Shown here: piece by piece, positions 61,724 through 64,000 of the stretch
Layout: each line of letters opens with the position of its first letter
Numbering within the stretch: the first letter of the stretch is position 1
DNA from: Savitreella phatthalungensis
Lineage: Eukaryota
NCBI GenBank assembly: GCA_051599415.1
Contig: AP039690.1
Location: 558,001-622,000, forward strand
Length of the DNA stretch: 64,000 nt
Direction: 5' to 3'
The notes under the pieces: model-generated
The model's database searches: none
Told to the model about the DNA's origin: nothing
Seen by the model: the letters and a program-made list of their open reading frames with translations, nothing else
Made by a program: the position numbers and the translations under genes

Positions 61724-62808
61724 TCATCGCTGAGCCTCGTCTCTGAAAAGCTCTACCTCAAAGGCAAGTAGTTCAGCAAGTCGCCTGAGATCCTCTGTCG
61801 TAGCACTGGAGACCTCTGCCTCGACAGCGTGGCGCTCTGCTACCGCCTGCGCGGTAGCGTCAGCCTCCTTGACGCAGGTCTGCAAGGTTGACAGCTCAGC
61901 TTTCAAATGCTCTATCTCGACTCTTGAAGCTTCTCCGTCGGCGCGCATGCGAGTGAGTGTCGCTTGAAGCTCATCTCGCAAGTCGCTCTGTAGCCCCTCG
62001 GCTCTCTCCTTCTCGAGCCGCATACCGTCGATTTCGCGTCTTGCCTCTGCTCGGGCCCTTGCGAGTTCTTGCTTAAGACCATCATGCTCCAACTTCAGTG
62101 CGTCAAAGGCTGATTTGAGGTCGTTCAAATTGGCGGCAAGGTTTCGCTGCACCGGCGGCGTCGTTGGTGGTATATGTGATAGTGCAGCTGGTTCAACCAC
62201 CGCTGCAGCTGCTGCCGTTGATGGGCGTGCTGATAGCACAAGCTTCTCAGTCAGCTTGCCTGACGCTGCGAGAGATTGTCTAGAGCGCACCGGTTGATTC
62301 ACATCGCGTGCTGAGAGAGCCTTGCGCGGGGAAACTCTTGCAGACGACGACGGAGGTCTGTGCTGCTTGGACTGATGGATCTCATCAAAGACATCAGAAA
62401 AGTGCCCGGATTCATATGGCACGAGCGTGTCAGCGCTGTCAAGCCATGATGGTGAACCGCGTTGCTGGCCATGCTGCTGCGGCTGTCGCGGATGCTGGTA
62501 CAGCCGGTGCGATCGCGCCGGCGATGCGCGGCGTTGCTCTGTGTCTAGCGCAGAATGTGGATCGAATAGATCGATGGGTTCCTGTGTCGGGACTGCACCA
62601 GCATAAATAGCAGCGGGATCGACGAAGCCGGTTCTACAGGGCGTTGTGATACATTCGCGCCTAAAACGTCAGCTCAGTCCATCGCGACGGGTTCGTGGTG
62701 GAGTTTTTCTTACATCAATGCTGTCAACGGCGAATCCTTAAGACCGGAGCCATGATCCATGAAGCGTGCCATGCGCGGCGTCGCCATCAAAGCCGCTTCG
62801 TTCGGCAT
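61724..62808 (-). CDS. Hypothetical coiled-coil protein with D-box-like motif; intron 62661-62713
   Basis: The ORF-track frame stays open upstream to a GCTGAC..TTTTAG acceptor. A GTAAGA donor at 62713 and ATG at 62808 give 343 aa. Contains RKALSARDVN and a C-terminal heptad region. Confidence 0.65.
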
Positions 62809-63102
62809 TTGAGCCTCTGTGATGTGGTCGGGATTGCTCGGATGTGAGCGAACGCCTTGCAGTTTTCAGCGCGATGGGAGTTCCGTCCCAAACTGTTGTC
62901 ATTTGTTTACTATCGAGATCACAACCACATGCAACGAACCAGGATTTCTGCAGCAACAAGCACGAAACCCACGCGTGGACAAATCGAGAGACCCTGCTGG
63001 GCGGGACACACACAGCAGGGAAAAGTCGATCCATGCAATTGTGATACGTCTCGTACGATTACATCTTGGTGAATACGGAGGGAAGACAAAGCTGCGGGTC
63101 CT

Positions 63103-63669
63103 ATGGTCATCATGCGCCCCAGTCAGAAGAAGCCCGGTTTCATAGCGGCCGATAAGGAGAACACACATGGTTCTCCGAGAGGATCCTCGCTCGTGGCCAG
63201 CAAACGGCAGCGTCGGCCGTTGCAGATCTTGACAGGTGAAGAGTTGCAGCGGCGGTCAGCATCTCCGAGATCAGCGCAAGAAGGGCAGGCACATGCCCAG
63301 CACGAATTCATGACATTTCTCGCACCTGCTCTGGCTGAACAGGAGGCTTTCGAGCGAGACGGATTGGAGGCAATGCAGGGCATTCTTGGGGAGTCCCTCG
63401 TGGGAACAGCGCATGACAAAGCGGAAGGTATCATGGAGACAAGAAGACGGCGATCATCCAATGGCCTCGTTATGCCCGTCAAGCTCGCGCGCAAGACTTC
63501 CCATGTAAATAGCATGATGGATGAACGTCGGCAAGCACTGGGTCATGTTCAAATGGCGACGGAAGCGCTTGAGCCTCGTCCGCAGTCAGTCGCGGCGCTG
63601 CGCCGCGCCGCGATCACGCGAGCAACAGAGAGATCGAATCGGGTGAGCGTTTTGCGATCGATGCGATAG
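63103..63669 (+). CDS. Hypothetical small protein with KEN box and D-boxes
   Basis: 188-aa ATG ORF with DKENT, QRRPLQIL and RQALGHV. Confidence 0.6.
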   Translation: MVIMRPSQKKPGFIAADKENTHGSPRGSSLVASKRQRRPLQILTGEELQRRSASPRSAQEGQAHAQHEFMTFLAPALAEQEAFERDGLEAMQGILGESLVGTAHDKAEGIMETRRRRSSNGLVMPVKLARKTSHVNSMMDERRQALGHVQMATEALEPRPQSVAALRRAAITRATERSNRVSVLRSMR

Positions 63670-63734
63670 GCCGGACGACGATAGAGTCATAAATGTACAT
63701 TAGCGAAGATTCCATGCCTGACGGACAATGCGAA

Positions 63735-64000
63735 CTAGGACAGTGGTACTGGGGTCCCCGATGCGGCAGGGTTGGTTCGTGCGGCATCATCGAAAATTAT
63801 CCGCTCGGCGCCAGTCAACTCTATTAGCTTTGCGAGGATATCATCGCTGTGTAGTCCACGCACATCCAGGTCGATCACCGGTTGCGGCTCAGAGCCCTTG
63901 AACAATTGGAGCGAGGCGGCTATATTTGCATTTTGTGGGTCCTCGGTCGAGCGCGGCACTCTAGAGACGTCCATTTGTAGGCTCGGGTTGTGAAATTTGA
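63735..64000 (-). CDS. MRP49: Mitochondrial large ribosomal subunit protein Mrp49/mL61-like (3' part)
   Basis: Frame open to the window edge: KFHNPSLQMDVSR...IDLDVRGLHSDDILAKLIELTGA (L51/S25/CI-B8 fold pattern). Confidence 0.65.
   Translation of the reverse strand, partial: KFHNPSLQMDVSRVPRSTEDPQNANIAASLQLFKGSEPQPVIDLDVRGLHSDDILAKLIELTGAERIIFDDAARTNPAASGTPVPLS

Overview
This is gene-dense, intron-poor eukaryotic DNA from a fungus. A Taphrinomycotina (Taphrina/Protomyces-like) origin is my inference, from S. pombe-like proteins, a complex I subunit, ~50-nt introns and very short intergenic gaps. About 30 protein-coding genes are supported, mostly housekeeping: AP-2 beta (partial), RPS17, ADA2, FOX2, SAP30-like, a methyltransferase, MRP51, a Rad51 paralog, a RING-H2 protein, a C2H2 fungal TF, IFH1/CRF1-like, a Y-family polymerase, RPT5, an EthA-like BVMO, a GPCR-like protein, lipoate ligase, SEC61, myosin V, NAP1, PBS2/Wis1, SEC8, an ABCC transporter, NDUFA12, PGS1, RPB12 (absent from the ORF track), AP-2 mu, RPL2, EST1-like, ADO1, SAC3, a coiled-coil protein, a KEN/D-box protein and MRP49 (partial). 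The one clearly non-housekeeping structure is a ~2.5-kb island at 20454-22975. It holds a 25-G tract followed by at least five direct and inverted copies of a ~420-bp TA-flanked, TIR-bearing MITE-like element, and the copies differ largely by CpG->TpG/CpA transitions. Other points of interest are AAG splice acceptors, a possible Mes1/Acm1-like APC/C inhibitor and overlapping convergent stop codons. All assignments come from reading and motif recognition; no searches were run.
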